A stretch of 63,673 bases of DNA, counting the filler, from Octopus bimaculoides (taxonomy: Eukaryota): NCBI RefSeq assembly GCF_001194135.2. It is 11 parts of 11 records of this genome, joined end to end, with 100 filler letters (N's around TTAATTAATTAA, not from the genome) between each part and the next. Parts side by side here need not be neighbours in the genome. Positions count along the whole stretch, not along the records: positions 26,016 to 42,038 come from NC_068982.1; positions 42,139 to 44,633 come from NC_068988.1; positions 44,734 to 49,578 come from NC_069000.1; positions 49,679 to 56,760 come from NW_026402724.1; 7 more parts are not named here. The stretch is one strand, 5' to 3'. Positions 36,034-49,993 of this stretch are shown here, piece after piece (position 1 is the stretch's first letter; each line of letters opens with the position of its first letter). The position numbers were made by a program, and so were the translations under genes. Under the pieces are notes generated by a model that saw only the letters and a program-made list of their open reading frames with translations, made no database searches and had not been told where the DNA came from.

Positions 36034-38717
36034 ATATACGTATACTAAGCATTTTTCAAGGTGGTGCCCTAGCATACCCGCAGTATGAAGACATAAGCAA
36101 GTGAAAGAAAAAGATGAATTGGTGTGTATATGTGTGTGTGTGCGTTCGTTCGTCTATATGTGTGTACATGTTTGTGTGTGTGTGTGTGTGTGTTTGTGTG
36201 TGTCTCTGTGTGTGTGTGTATATATATATATCACAAAGGCACATAAGTTACATAATGCCATTCATTAGCCTACTGGCGTTTCCGAAATAAGGACATGAGC
36301 TTCTAGCGGTGAGTGGCAGTGTGATATCTCATAGCATCATCTTCTTTCCCTCTAGAGGTCTGAATATCTGGCTCAATTCCTTATCACATGTGCCAGTAAT
36401 GAACTGCTAACAATTTTATTTTCTACATTTCTTTTGTTTAAACTTAGAAAATATGACCAGTATATACTTTATTAAACAGTTATTTAGGACACACATATAT
36501 CATTGTCATCACCCATCACTCTTCTAATCACCATCCATTAATACATCCATTAACACCTAGATAAATTCAATGCTGATTCAGCCTCGAAAGGTTTAACCAC
36601 TATTACATTGGCCATCACCAAAACTAGAAACAAAAAAAAACCCCCAAAGCGTACGCTGTTAACACTCCCACAACAAATACACTTCTACTACGATCAGATC
36701 TATAAATATCACTACCTCTCCCACCGTCAGTTCGCTCTCTGTGGCTCGACCATGACCGCACATCTAGCTTACTCATCACCACGATTTTAACGGTACTTAA
36801 CTCGACCCCACAAATGTCACCACACTGACCACAGCTGTCAAAATCACCGGTAGCATGACAGCCATCATCGTCACATGCAACATCATTTTCCCAGTTCTTT
36901 GTCGCCGCCTCCGATAATGGCACTGCAACCAATGATTACAAAGCGTAGTACTACCACCACTTCCACCGTCGCTACCGTTAACACCGCCACTAATAGNNNN
37001 NNNNNNNNNNNNNNNNNNNNNNNNNNNNNNNNNNNNNNNNNNNNNNNNNNNNNNNNNNNNNNNNNNNNNNNNNNNNNNNNNNNNNNNNNNNNNNNNNNNN
37101 NNNNNNNNNNNNNNNNNNNNNNNNNNNNNNNNNNNNNNNNNNNNNNNNNNNNNNNNNNNNNNNNNNNNNNNNNNNNNNNNNNNNNNNNNNNNNNNNNNNN
37201 NNNNNNNNNNNNNNNNNNNNNNNNNNNNNNNNNNNNNNNNNNNNNNNNNNNNNNNNNNNNNNNNNNNNNNNNNNNNNNNNNNNNNNNNNNNNNNNNNNNN
37301 NNNNNNCACCACCACCACGGCTACCACCACCACCACCACCACCACCGCCGCCGAGCTTCAAACATATCCACATGACCTCTCGTCCGATATCCTTTGTCAT
37401 TTTCTTCCTTATTTATTAATTTATTTATTCGTTCAACGATGTTATTTACAGCGATTTCCTATGTTCATGTTGTTGTTGCTGTTGCTGTTGCTGCATGTCT
37501 TAGTAATGTTTTCATTGCTTTTGTTATCAACTTCGTCAACCCTCGTTGACATTGTCCCTGGCATTTTTGTTGTTTTTGTTATTAGTATCTTGATATTCAT
37601 TTCATTATTGTTGTATTTTGTTATTGCGGTTGCATTGAATATTAATCTTCTGCTTATCATCATCATCATCATCATCATCATCATTATTACTATTATTATT
37701 ATTATTATTATTATTATTGTTGTTGATGTTGTTGTTTATTTTGTTGTTGTTGAATTTTGTTGTTCTTTTTGTTGTTGTTCTACTCCTATGGTTACAGTTG
37801 ACACATCGAGCTGTCGTCTTTCGTGACTGAAATGATGACAATAATTGAACAATCAACTGTGATGTTGGGGATACGTCATTAAAACAACTCGGCTGGATAT
37901 GGCAGGAGGTCGCTGACGGGAGAAGGGTAAGAGGCGGTGGGATAGGATACGCATTGTGAATGTGGCAGTGGTGATGGTAGTGTCGTTGGATACTACTGAC
38001 AGCAAAAGCTGATGGTCTTTCTTCCTAAATTGACGATTGCAATGTCATTATGTGTAGTATCATTAGCATTATTCTCAGTAGCAGAAGTAGCAGTTACTGT
38101 TGTTGCTGTTGTTGTTGTTCTTCTTCTTCTTCTTCTCCTCCTCCTCCTCTTCTTCTTTTTCTTCTTCTTCTTCTATTTTTTTCTTCTTTTATTGCTAAGT
38201 CTGGATATAAAACACACCTTTTATTGTAATTTTTCATCATGCTGTTGAAACTTAACAAAAGGCCATGTACAGAAAATGCTTTCCTTATAATGTGAGCTGT
38301 TCCTAAGAGCGGGGCAAGTTGGAGATCTTTGCATGTGCCTTGACGTCAGCCCGTTCCCCTCCGTTACTACATAATTAGTTTTGAATTGCTAGTGCGTCGG
38401 ATATATGCTTTTGTGGCGTTTCTATTGGTTCATTAGATTTTGAGTTCATATCCAACCAAATTAAAGTTTGGCTTTCAAACTTGAGTCAATCTAAAAAGTA
38501 CCTGTCAAATACTGGGGTCGATATAATCAAATTATCCTTACCCCTTGAAATTGCCCGCTTTGTGCCTATCTGGACAAAATACTAAGATGCATTTCATCCG
38601 TCTTTATATTGTGAATTCAAATGCGTTTCAGCATTTCGGGTCGATAACATAGGTATCGATGTAATAGACTAACTGCCTACCATCAAAATGCAGGCACCAT
38701 GTGCCTTTAGTAGTGGG

Positions 38718-38721
<4 letters not shown>

Positions 38722-38771
<50 letters not shown>

Positions 38772-39580
38772 CATTATTATTATTATTCAGTAGTTTTATT
38801 TTTATAACGTGCTTTCACTTCACTACCGAGCGCAGCTCTGTGTGCCTTGGGTATTGGCTGTGGTTTGCTGTGATGCTCTTATGGTTACTGTATTGAAAGT
38901 GTTTTGCGTAGGATGTGTGCAGTGCCCAGTAGTGCAATTTTCTGTATGTTATATATATTTGTAAGTCCTGGTGTTTTTGTTATGTATTTGTCTGAATATT
39001 TCTTTTATTATACCTAAGGTACCTACTATGATAGGAAGTGTTTCTGTTTTTAGATTCCACATTCGAGTTATCTCTATTTCCAGGTCTTTGTATTTTGAAA
39101 GTTTTTCCATTTCTTTTAGAGAAACGTTGTCATCTGCTGGTATTGATACATCAATTAGAAAGCATTTTTTCTTCATGATCTCTGACAACTATATCTAACC
39201 TATTGGCCTTAATTTCTCTATCTGTGTGTATTGTCATATCCCATAGTATGTTGCTTTCTCGTTTTCTGTGACCTTTTCTGGCGTGTGCCTATACCATCTT
39301 TTTTCTGTTGTTATTCCATAGTGTTGGCATAGATTCCAGTGTATATAGGTGCCAGCTCTGTCGTGTCTGTGAATATATTCATTCCTTCTTAGCCAGGACT
39401 GGGCAGCCAGAGATAATATGATTTCTTGTTTCTTGTTCATCTCCACATATTCTGCAGTTACTTGTTATGTTTCTTTTCATTATATGGTTTTGGTAATTTC
39501 TGGTGGGGAGGTTTTGGTCTGTGCCGCAATTAAAAATCCTTCAGTCTTTGCTTTGAGTCCTAGCACTTATACAGCTTACC
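38722..39580 (-). mobile_element. R4/Dong-clade LINE 3' portion with (TAA)n tail
   Basis: KTEGFLIAAQ; YIHRHDRAGTYIHWNLCQHYGI...WYRHTPEKVTENEK; KKKCFLIDVSIPADDNVSLKEMEKLSKYKDLEIEITRMWNLKTETLPIIVGTLG; 3' end near-identical to 32202-32395. Confidence 0.88.
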
Positions 39581-39621
39581 GATTCATTTAGATTACGAGT
39601 GAATTAAAACCCTCATATTCA

Positions 39622-39652
<31 letters not shown>

Positions 39653-39657
39653 CGTGC

Positions 39658-39705
<48 letters not shown>

Positions 39706-41082
39706 ATATGCATGCGCGTACACTTATAATAGAAAGACAGCTAGTCAGATACATAAAGATATACACACATATAGAACTACTTACATAGATACACACACGT
39801 ACATGCTTGTATAAATACGTGATGGTGATGTGTATATCTACCTGTATGTCTGTCTGCCTCTCTCTCTTTCTCTCTCTCTCTCTTCATATATATATATATA
39901 TATATCTGATCATAATCAACTTCATAAAATGCGTTACAATTAAAGTATATCACTCGGGCCGACGATGGCTCTTAACCTTTCAATCATATGAAATTTAGTT
40001 GACATATGAAATCGTTGCAACTGCATTCATCACCTTCAAATTCACTTTCTTTCAGGGACACGTTTATTTAGCAGATATTTCCCCCACTGCTACGTTCGTT
40101 CCATATTCTTTATTATAATATAAATATGAGCTGTTTATATATAAAAATGCAGCGACGAACATAAATACGCATTAACACGTAGGCATACACATCAGCACGC
40201 AGAAGAGCACACTCACAACACATGCACTTACATTGATATACACATAGACCCATAAGCAAATGTAATAAAAGCCTACATCGATTATCTTGTAAAAAGGGTG
40301 GACTCTGTTTCAACGTGAATTTATTCTACCAAATCATTCCCTCTCATTTAGACATTTAAACGTCAGCAGAAAAATAATTCAGGCATCTCTGAGTTTCAAG
40401 GTATTGCTTCCCAACACCGATAAAATTAATCTGCTGCTGCTCACAACGCCCATAACTTATCAAACTGCCAACAGCTATTTGTTGTAATAATTGTAACTAG
40501 CGTCCAGTTTAAGCAGCTAGCTTCTCCATTATCAAGTTGTACGTCCCATAGAAAAAAAGAAAAAAACTTGGTTGGACAGCTTCATAATAAAATGTATGTG
40601 ATAGAAAACTCCAATTGGTCGTCCTTATATTTATTGTCTGACTAGTTTGGAATTGTAAAGAGTGAACAATCTGAAGATTTGACAATAATATATTGCACTT
40701 CATTTCATTGTTGGCTTCAAGGGTGTAAAATTTGTCGGCTGTTTCACGATTAGGTAAAGTAACTTGTAATATTCAATGCTTTCTGAACGAAAAACAAAAG
40801 AAAACAAAAACAAAAAAGAAAACAAAACAAAAACAAGAATGAGCTCAAATGTTCTGCTCAAAGAATGATTAAATATAATTAAACGATTGCTTGTGAGGAC
40901 AGGGATTAACGTCCTGCTTTATCAAACAAAGAAAGTATTCAAAGATTTATTTTCCTCGCATTCTTTAATGTTAGACACTAATTTCATAACAATAATGCAT
41001 CATGGTCGGAACAGAGTGAAGTCTAAAACTCAAACTCAAATAGAAAAAAGTTTCTATAAAAATCTTGTTTGGTTCCATATCT

Positions 41083-41168
<86 letters not shown>

Positions 41169-42000
41169 CTATTTCTTATGTATTTAGCACTGTAAATAAA
41201 TTGATGAATGTTTCGATATGTACTCCGCATCAACTCTCATATAAACCCACCACATATTTACCTTTCATTTCCATCGTCGATTTCAAACTTCAGCAACTGC
41301 CAATAATACAATTTTCAAATTTTGGGTTCCTGTCCCACCGAATACTTTAGTTACAATTATCTAATCGGCTAATATTGTAATAAACGACAAATCGAACAAC
41401 TTGAATAGAGCTTAAATATACTTATCTAAGCACCACAAATTGGAAGACGATACAGTTTCCAGAACAACTATCATCTATAATCCCGTACCAGAGTATGAGT
41501 GTTTGAGTGTATGGTGTTGTGTTTGTAACTGCGCATGTTGCTTTTTACGCTTCCATGTGTGTATGATTGCTTGGAAATTACTGAGTCGACGTAGCTCAAT
41601 ATTATATTCCGAACTGATGTGGGGCGCATTAAAGGAATTGATAATGCATCGGACAAAGTGTGTTGCGGTATTTATTAATGTGTTGCTACGTTCGCACCTC
41701 GCTTTCTCCTCTTTGCATTTCACTGTTGGAGGGTGGATGGAATATAAACCAGTTAAATACTAGGAGTCATCGATTACTTTCTCCACGCCCACAAAATGTG
41801 GTACCTTGACCATATCAGAGATCAATATTTGGATTTTAATGTTATACATGTTATCATGTCTGAATATTTATATGTGTCAATACGAAAAAATGAAATAAAG
41901 TAAACACACAGACACACACATATACACACACGTACTCTCACACATACATATACATATAAATATATATGTATATATATGATAAATATATATTCGCACACAC

Positions 42001-42038
<38 letters not shown>

Positions 42039-42159
42039 NNNNNNNNNNNNNNNNNNNNNNNNNNNNNNNNNNNNNNNNNNNNTTAATTAATTAANNNNNN
42101 NNNNNNNNNNNNNNNNNNNNNNNNNNNNNNNNNNNNNNGGTATATTCGGAAGGCAAGAT

Positions 42160-42175
42160 AATAATAATAATAATG

Positions 42176-42224
<49 letters not shown>

Positions 42225-42226
42225 TG

Positions 42227-42281
<55 letters not shown>

Positions 42282-42352
42282 GAATAAATAGAACTTCATC
42301 CACATTGTGAAAATCAAGACCATCACGATCGTCATCGTCGTCGTCGTCGTCG

Positions 42353-42389
<37 letters not shown>

Positions 42390-42480
42390 GGTCATCATCA
42401 TCATCATCATCATCATGGTCATTATCATCATTATCATCACGGTCATCATCATCATCAACTTCGTTCTTGCCGTCGTCATC
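42160..42480. repeat. (AAT)n then (CAT)n/(CGT)n arrays
   Basis: Direct reading; similar arrays at 25850-25915 and 37640-37780. Confidence 0.9.
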
Positions 42481-43162
42481 GATAATCAAAACAAAATATT
42501 AAGAGGCAGAAAAACCTAAAAAAAAAAACCCCCAAAAAACCAAAAAAAACAAAAAAAACCCCATTCAAAATAGCAAATGCAATTCAAACAATTTTCCGTT
42601 TGTTTAGGAAATTGTAAATTCAATTTCAGACGTCTCCTGTTGTCTCTTCTTCAAATTTCCATTATTTCACTCCATGTTTGTTTTATGACTGATTTTATGC
42701 TAGTATTTCCTCTTATCCATGTTTTGCATATTACCATTTTTCTCTGTCTTCTTTTTTGATGTGTTTCCCGAGGTGAAAATTGTTAACGTGTACGAGTCTC
42801 TGCTTTCGAAGTTTATTGAAAGGCGTCTGCTTATACATATGCACGTTTTATCGATCCTGACTTGGTCTGGACATATGATGACAAAAGATAGTTAAAATGT
42901 TCAATGCCAACATTTAGACGTTGTTTCGTGTTATTTTGCTTTTGTCTGCAGACTTTTTGAAATATATTGTCGAACAGAATTTTTGATAAAAGATAGCAGC
43001 AACAGATTTGAGTGTAAGGTGTTGGTAAGTAATATATGAATGGCGGCTGTACGAAGTAGATATGGGTTAACAGATGTAAGAACGGACGTGGAAAGGGATT
43101 TCTAGACACGAATGAGAGAAGAGAGTAACTTACAATAGACGAAAATATATGGGTATAAGGTG

Positions 43163-44066
<904 letters not shown>

Positions 44067-44518
44067 CCAGGGAACAAGATTATAGAACCAGCGTACATTT
44101 TTTTTTCTCTGCTGGTATCAAGTTTGTTGCATAGACTTTCTATTTGCATGGAGTATGGATGTTTGTTCTGCAATATCAATTAAGCACAGCAGCTGGTGGT
44201 AAAACCATTCTGACATAGCTGATGAAAAATAAATAAATAAATGAATAAATAAATAAATAAATACGTGCAACAACAATCATCTTTTATTTTCCTCAGAAGG
44301 AGTTTAATTTTCGATTCTGATTTTAGAGTTCTTACCGACGAATCGACAAAAATCTGTGAATACTCAGACCGATCTTATATTTCTGACAACATACAGAGGT
44401 GAGAGAGAGGAGGAGAGAGAGAGAGAGAGTAAGAGAGCAAGGAAGAGAGAGAGAGTAAGGAAGAGAGAGAGAGAGAGTGAGTGATATGTATTTTATTGAT
44501 GGAGTATGCTTTACACAG

Positions 44519-44633
44519 TGGAGGCACAATGGCCCAGTGGTTAGGGCAGCGGACTCGCGGTCATAAGATCGCGGTTTCGATTCCCAGACCGGGCGTTGTG
44601 AGTGTCTACTGAGTGAAAACACCTAAAGCTCCA
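44519..44633 (+). mobile_element. SINE family D head
   Basis: GGAGGCACAATGGCCCAGTGGTTAGGGCAGCGGACTCGCGGTC...GGTTTCGATTCCC; A and B boxes. Confidence 0.65.
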
Positions 44634-45255
44634 NNNNNNNNNNNNNNNNNNNNNNNNNNNNNNNNNNNNNNNNNNNNTTAATTAATTAANNNNNNNNNNN
44701 NNNNNNNNNNNNNNNNNNNNNNNNNNNNNNNNNCAACAGTAAACAACATGAAATACGAAAGCAAATGAGTTCAATATGCAAACAACAAGAGAAACAAATG
44801 GAAAACAGGACAAGTAACATAAAGAACGACCCTTCATCAGTTGTCGGCTGTCTATCTACTCCTCATTTCGAGCACTGAATGAAAATATGAGTCTTCGAAG
44901 ATAATTGCTCCCATGAACTACCAAAATAGAACAGAACAGTGGAGACATACAAGGAAAGCGAACAAAAACGAACATGGAGGGTCGTTAGACCAGGATATAT
45001 ATANNNNNNNNNNNNNNNNNNNNNNNNNNNNNNNNNNNNNNNNNNNNNNNNNNNNNNNNNNNNNNNNNNNNNNNNNNNNNNNNNNNNNNNNNNNNNNNNN
45101 NNNNNNNNNNNNNNNNNNNNNNNNNNNNNNNNNNNNNNNNNNNNNNNNNNNNNNNNNNNNNNNNNNNNNNNNNNNNNNNNNNNNNNNNNNNNNNNNNNNN
45201 NNNNNNNNNNNNNNNNNNNNNNNNNNNNNNNNNNNCACACACACACACACACACA

Positions 45256-45415
45256 CACACACGTGACAGGTTTCTTTGAGTTTCCCTCTATCAGGCTTTG
45301 GTCGGCCTGAGGCTATAACAGAGGATACTTGCCCAACGTGTCACGCATTGGGACTGAACCCGGAACCATGTGGTTGGGAAGCAAACTTCTTACCACAAAG
45401 CCATCCATGCCTGCG
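45256..45415 (-). mobile_element. SINE family A head half
   Basis: GGCTTTGGTCGGCCTGAGGCTATA...GGGACTGAACCCGGAACCATGTGG; similar halves at 20275-20367, 48355-48512 and 62633-62806. Confidence 0.65.
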
Positions 45416-46290
45416 TTTAAGATATAAGAGAGAAAGACAGAGGATGAATGAGAGGGAGAGAAGAATGAAGTTTTTATCTTGCAATCGTTGGTGATGATAG
45501 TGCTGGTGATGATGGTTGTGTTTGTAATGATGGCGGTGGTGGTGCTGGCAGTGAGGGTGGTGTGGGAGTGGTGATGTTGGTGGTGATAGTGATGACATCG
45601 CTGTTGCGGGTGGATTTGATTGCCTTGTAATTGTTTCTTGTTGGTGATGGAGTTGGTGTTGGTGAGAGCGACGGCAGTGGTGGTGTTATCGTGGCTTATA
45701 TTGAATCGGGGTGGCGTTGTAAAATATTTTGTTTGTTTAACTTCGAAAAACGTCACAACTAATAAAAAATTAAACAACATAGAAACAACATGTAATAATA
45801 AATAACGAACTAACAACGAAAAAATAACAATGCCATAACAAACAATTAACAAGATATATAAGAGAAAAAGACAAAGATCCTGTGGTGAATATCGACGTTC
45901 GCCAGATTAAAGAAGTGCTTAAGGGTTTGAATTAATAAATGAAGGGACGAAGACAGCCGAGAAACCATCTTGTTAAAATGGCCGACATGTGACTGTTTCA
46001 CCGTTGGCGCTATAAGCTATCGTCAATACTCGGCCATATGTGATGTGTTTCAGTACACGTGCACAGGTGAAAGACGCACGCAGCTGCTTTGTGGATCGAG
46101 AACACACTTACACGTGCACATCTGTTAGTTGGAAGTGTGTGTGTGTGTCTGTGTGTGTATGTGTGTGTGCGAGTGTGTTTGTGTGTGTGTGCGTGTGTAA
46201 GTGTTTGTGTGTGCATTGTATAAGTACGTACGTATGAGACTGTGTACATACACATGTACACATGCATAAATGCAGACACACACGCACACA

Positions 46291-46339
<49 letters not shown>

Positions 46340-46498
46340 TCACACTCAGAGTACGTATAGACACAACACATGCACTCACATCCATATATTATTCAAACTG
46401 ATCCATCTCATATACATCAATATAAGTGTACCCAATTATACTCGCTTGTGTTTAATGTTTACATGTGTGTATACATATATAAGCGTGTGTGTGTGAAT

Positions 46499-46533
<35 letters not shown>

Positions 46534-46904
46534 CACACATACATCGACCTACCTGTGTGATGAACAATTACTTAGTCGTCCCGACCCCAGTATGGTAAAA
46601 TAATATGTTGCGATTTTAATCTTCTTTATAAATATTAAAGTACCATGCACTTCTTAATGGATATCCGTCGGTCGCAACGACGCGCACTCCAGTTGTTCGA
46701 TCAATGGAACTGCTACTTATTTAGTTTAAAGTGTAAATTTAGTTTAAAGAGTATTCCTCAGAAAGATTTAGCATGATACAGAGTGTGTCAAGGTTAGACC
46801 TTCGAATAACAGCTACAATTCCTCAAGCAGGCTTCCGTACAATTTCCGTTTAATCAATTCCTCTCAGAAGTCTTAGGTCTAACCGAGGTTTTATATATAT
46901 ATAT

Positions 46905-48030
46905 ATATATATATATACCTTATGAATTCCAAAACCGAGTTACAGATTTTGACGTATGAGGTATCAAAAGATTCAGTACTGTTTCGGCTACAAATTAAAC
47001 TTCAGTTCCATTCACATATTTGTATTTCAAAAATTTAACATTATAATCTTTTCCAGAAGTCAACTATCGTAAACATTTTATACGATGACGTCACATTTTC
47101 TATATGTGTGTGCACCTTAAAAGACATCAAACATCACGACACACACCTTCATTCACTCACTCTATTTCTCTTTTTCCCTCTCTTTCTCTCTCTCATACAC
47201 AAGCGCACGCGCGTGAGCACACACACGTGAGCACACACACGCGTCCATTTCATATAGACGTATATACATCTTTCACTTACTTTCTCTGTCCTTTTCGCTT
47301 TCTCTTCTTTCAATTTTTGCTCTCTTCAAATAAATTTTTACGGAATGAGCGGGAGAAACACAGAAAAGACGTAATCTCTCCAGAAACAAGTTTAAAGCAA
47401 GGAGGATTGTAGAAAACTGAAGGCAAGAGTCTGAAAAGAGATGAGATTTTCTCAAGATCAGCAAATGCATGTTGCAGCACTTAATGCTGGATCATTAGAT
47501 CAATGTTTTAATGCTTAGACAGAGGTCCAGTGTAATAGCTCTCAGAAACAGACTATATATAAATTCGTTCTTCACAACTCCTGAAGCTGTTTTCAGATAT
47601 GATCCATCCCATTCTTATAAAAATGATAACTCTGTCCAAATTGGTGTGCTAAACACAAATTGTCGTTTCTGTAGAGCTTTAAAATTTTCAAATGAAACAA
47701 ATGGTATGTGCTGCTCAGGTGGTCAGGTAACATTGCCAGCACTACCAGCTTCTTCTCAACCTCTTATGGATCTTCTAGAAGGTACTTCCATCCAGTCAAA
47801 GGATTTTCGGAACAATATCTGACAATACAAATCTGCATTTCAAATGACATCGTTTGGTGCATCTAAAAAGATAGATAAACATGAATTTACGCTGATGTCA
47901 AAGTCCAAGGGTAAGTCTATCACCTCATTGGTTCCCTGTTACCCAAAAATGAACAATCACAGTTCCTCCATATTTACTTTATGAGTGATGAAGGACAACA
48001 AACCCGAAGGAGGTGTTAAAATTTCAGATG
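46905..48030 (+). mobile_element. Helitron 5' fragment (N-terminal part of RepHel)
   Basis: FRYDPSHSYKNDNSVQIGVLNTNCRFCRALKFSNETNGMCCSGGQVTLP...DFRNNI*QYKSAFQMTSFGA...KV-QG*VYHLIGSLLP...QFLHIYF is the standard Helitron pre-Rep region; Helitron-like subterminal AAAACCGAGTTACAGATTTTGACG near 46930. Confidence 0.8.
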
Positions 48031-48335
48031 ATGGGTCGTGTTAGACACAGCGCTGACTGCTGCAAAAGAGAGTATATCCACTGACAGCTTTTCGGTGCGT
48101 TCAAAAATCACATAACCCCCACCAATTTTCCGTGACAAGTTAGGGCCTGAAATACTCCAAACGGACGCATAGCATGTTGCTTTGTCGTATTAGCCCAGCA
48201 TTTACTCCACAAATGTTTTGTTGTCAATGCTGCACCTTCCCATATCACCTGTTTCAACATAAATGTAATATATTATATACAAACTATGCACGTAGACACA
48301 CATACACATACACACACATATACACCCACCTACTT

Positions 48336-48366
<31 letters not shown>

Positions 48367-48937
48367 CGACGTGCTTCTTTCAGTGTCTATCTGTCACATC
48401 CACTCACAAGGTCCGCCTAAAGCTGACACTTGCCCAAGGTGCCACACAGTGGGTCTAAACCTAGAACTATGCGGCTGGAAAGCAAGCTTCTTACCACAAA
48501 GCCACGCCTGCGCCTAGGTTACTATTATGGGGGAAATGCTTAGCAACATTGCGTCCGTCTTCACGTTCTGAGTTCAAATTCCGCCGAGGTGGCCTTTGTT
48601 TTTCATCCTTTCGGGGTCGATAAAATGAGTAGCAGTTGACCACTGTGGTCGATGTAATCGACTTGTCCTCCTCTCCAGGAACTGCTGGCATTGTGTCAAA
48701 ACTTTAAACCATTGTTTTATCGCAGTCTTAATCTCTCTGTTTTAGACTCAAAGGTAGCCCATCCTCTCCCTGGTCGTAGAGTATGCTAAAAATAGCAGGG
48801 ATCACATGAGTCTCAAATCAATAATCAATATTTTAATCAATTTTAATCAATATAATTATAATTAAATCAACAAAACGTATGAGGAAATAAAGTCGAGATG
48901 CATGAAATATCCGCCTCCTGATTGTTATTAATATTGC

Positions 48938-49165
48938 AGGGCGGCGAGCTGGCAGAAACGTTAGCACGCCGAGCGAAATGCTTAGCGGTATTTCGTCTGC
49001 CATTATGTTCTGAGTTCAATTTCCACCGAGATCGACTTAGCCTTTCATCCTTTCGGGGTCGATTAAATAAGTACTAGTTACGCACTGGGGTCGATGTAAT
49101 CGACTTAATCCCTTTGTCAGTCCTAGTTTGTCCACTCTATATTTAGCCCCCTATGGGCAATAAGT
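48938..49165 (+). mobile_element. SINE family B full-length copy
   Basis: GGGCGGCGAGCTGGCAGAAACGTTAGCACGCCGAGCGAAATGCTTAGCGG...GCCTTTCATCCTTTCGGGGTCG...; other copies at ~34255-34385, 38425-38715, 48535-48710 and 50930-51065. Confidence 0.8.
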
Positions 49166-49221
49166 AATTAAATATTAATTTCTGATCTAATCTAATCTGT
49201 ACCGTCTTTACACATACACTT

Positions 49222-49575
49222 ACACTTAAGAGGTTTTAGTCGAACAAATCGACCCCAGGACTTATTCTTTGGAAGCCTAGTAATTATTCTCTTTTGCCGA
49301 ACCGCTAGGTTACGGGGACGTAAACACACCAGCATCGGTTGTCAAGCTATGTTGGGGGGACAAACACAGACACACAAACACACACATACACACATATACA
49401 TATACATATATGCGACGGGCTTCTTTCAGTTTCCGTCTACCAAATCCACTCACAAGGCTTTGGTCGGCCCGAGGCTATAGTAGAAGACACTTGCCCAAGA
49501 TGCCACGCAGTGGGACTGAACCTGGGACCATGTGGTTGGTAAGCAAGCTACTTACCACACAGCCACTCCTACATA
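49222..49575 (-). mobile_element. SINE family A near-full-length copy, CpG-intact
   Basis: Head, internal (CA)(TA) tract and core present. Confidence 0.8.
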
Positions 49576-49972
49576 CGTNNNNNNNNNNNNNNNNNNNNNN
49601 NNNNNNNNNNNNNNNNNNNNNNTTAATTAATTAANNNNNNNNNNNNNNNNNNNNNNNNNNNNNNNNNNNNNNNNNNNNTATATATATATATGTATATATA
49701 TATGTATGTATGTATGTATTATATATGTATGTATGTATGTATGTATATGCAAAGGTGGTGCCAGCATGACTAGAGCCTTAAAGCTGTGATAAATGAGTGA
49801 GTTCTGTTTGTGTGTGTGCTTGTACTAATACGGGAACATATTTTCAAATTTTATTAAGCAGTCATTGAAAGAATTTTCATATTTTTCCAAGGATTGTTTA
49901 TAATTCTTTTTCAATTATTCATGTTCAGCATGGAATATTGGATTTCCTAAAATCATAAACCCATTTACTTAC

Positions 49973-49993
49973 GCTAGCTACCTCTGAAACATC
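49973..49993 (-). CDS. Candidate 21-nt microexon (DVSEVAS), gene unknown
   Basis: Minus strand GTTTCTCTCTTTTCATTCTCAG|GATGTTTCAGAGGTAGCTAGC|GTAAGT; only phase 0 is stop-free. Confidence 0.4.
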
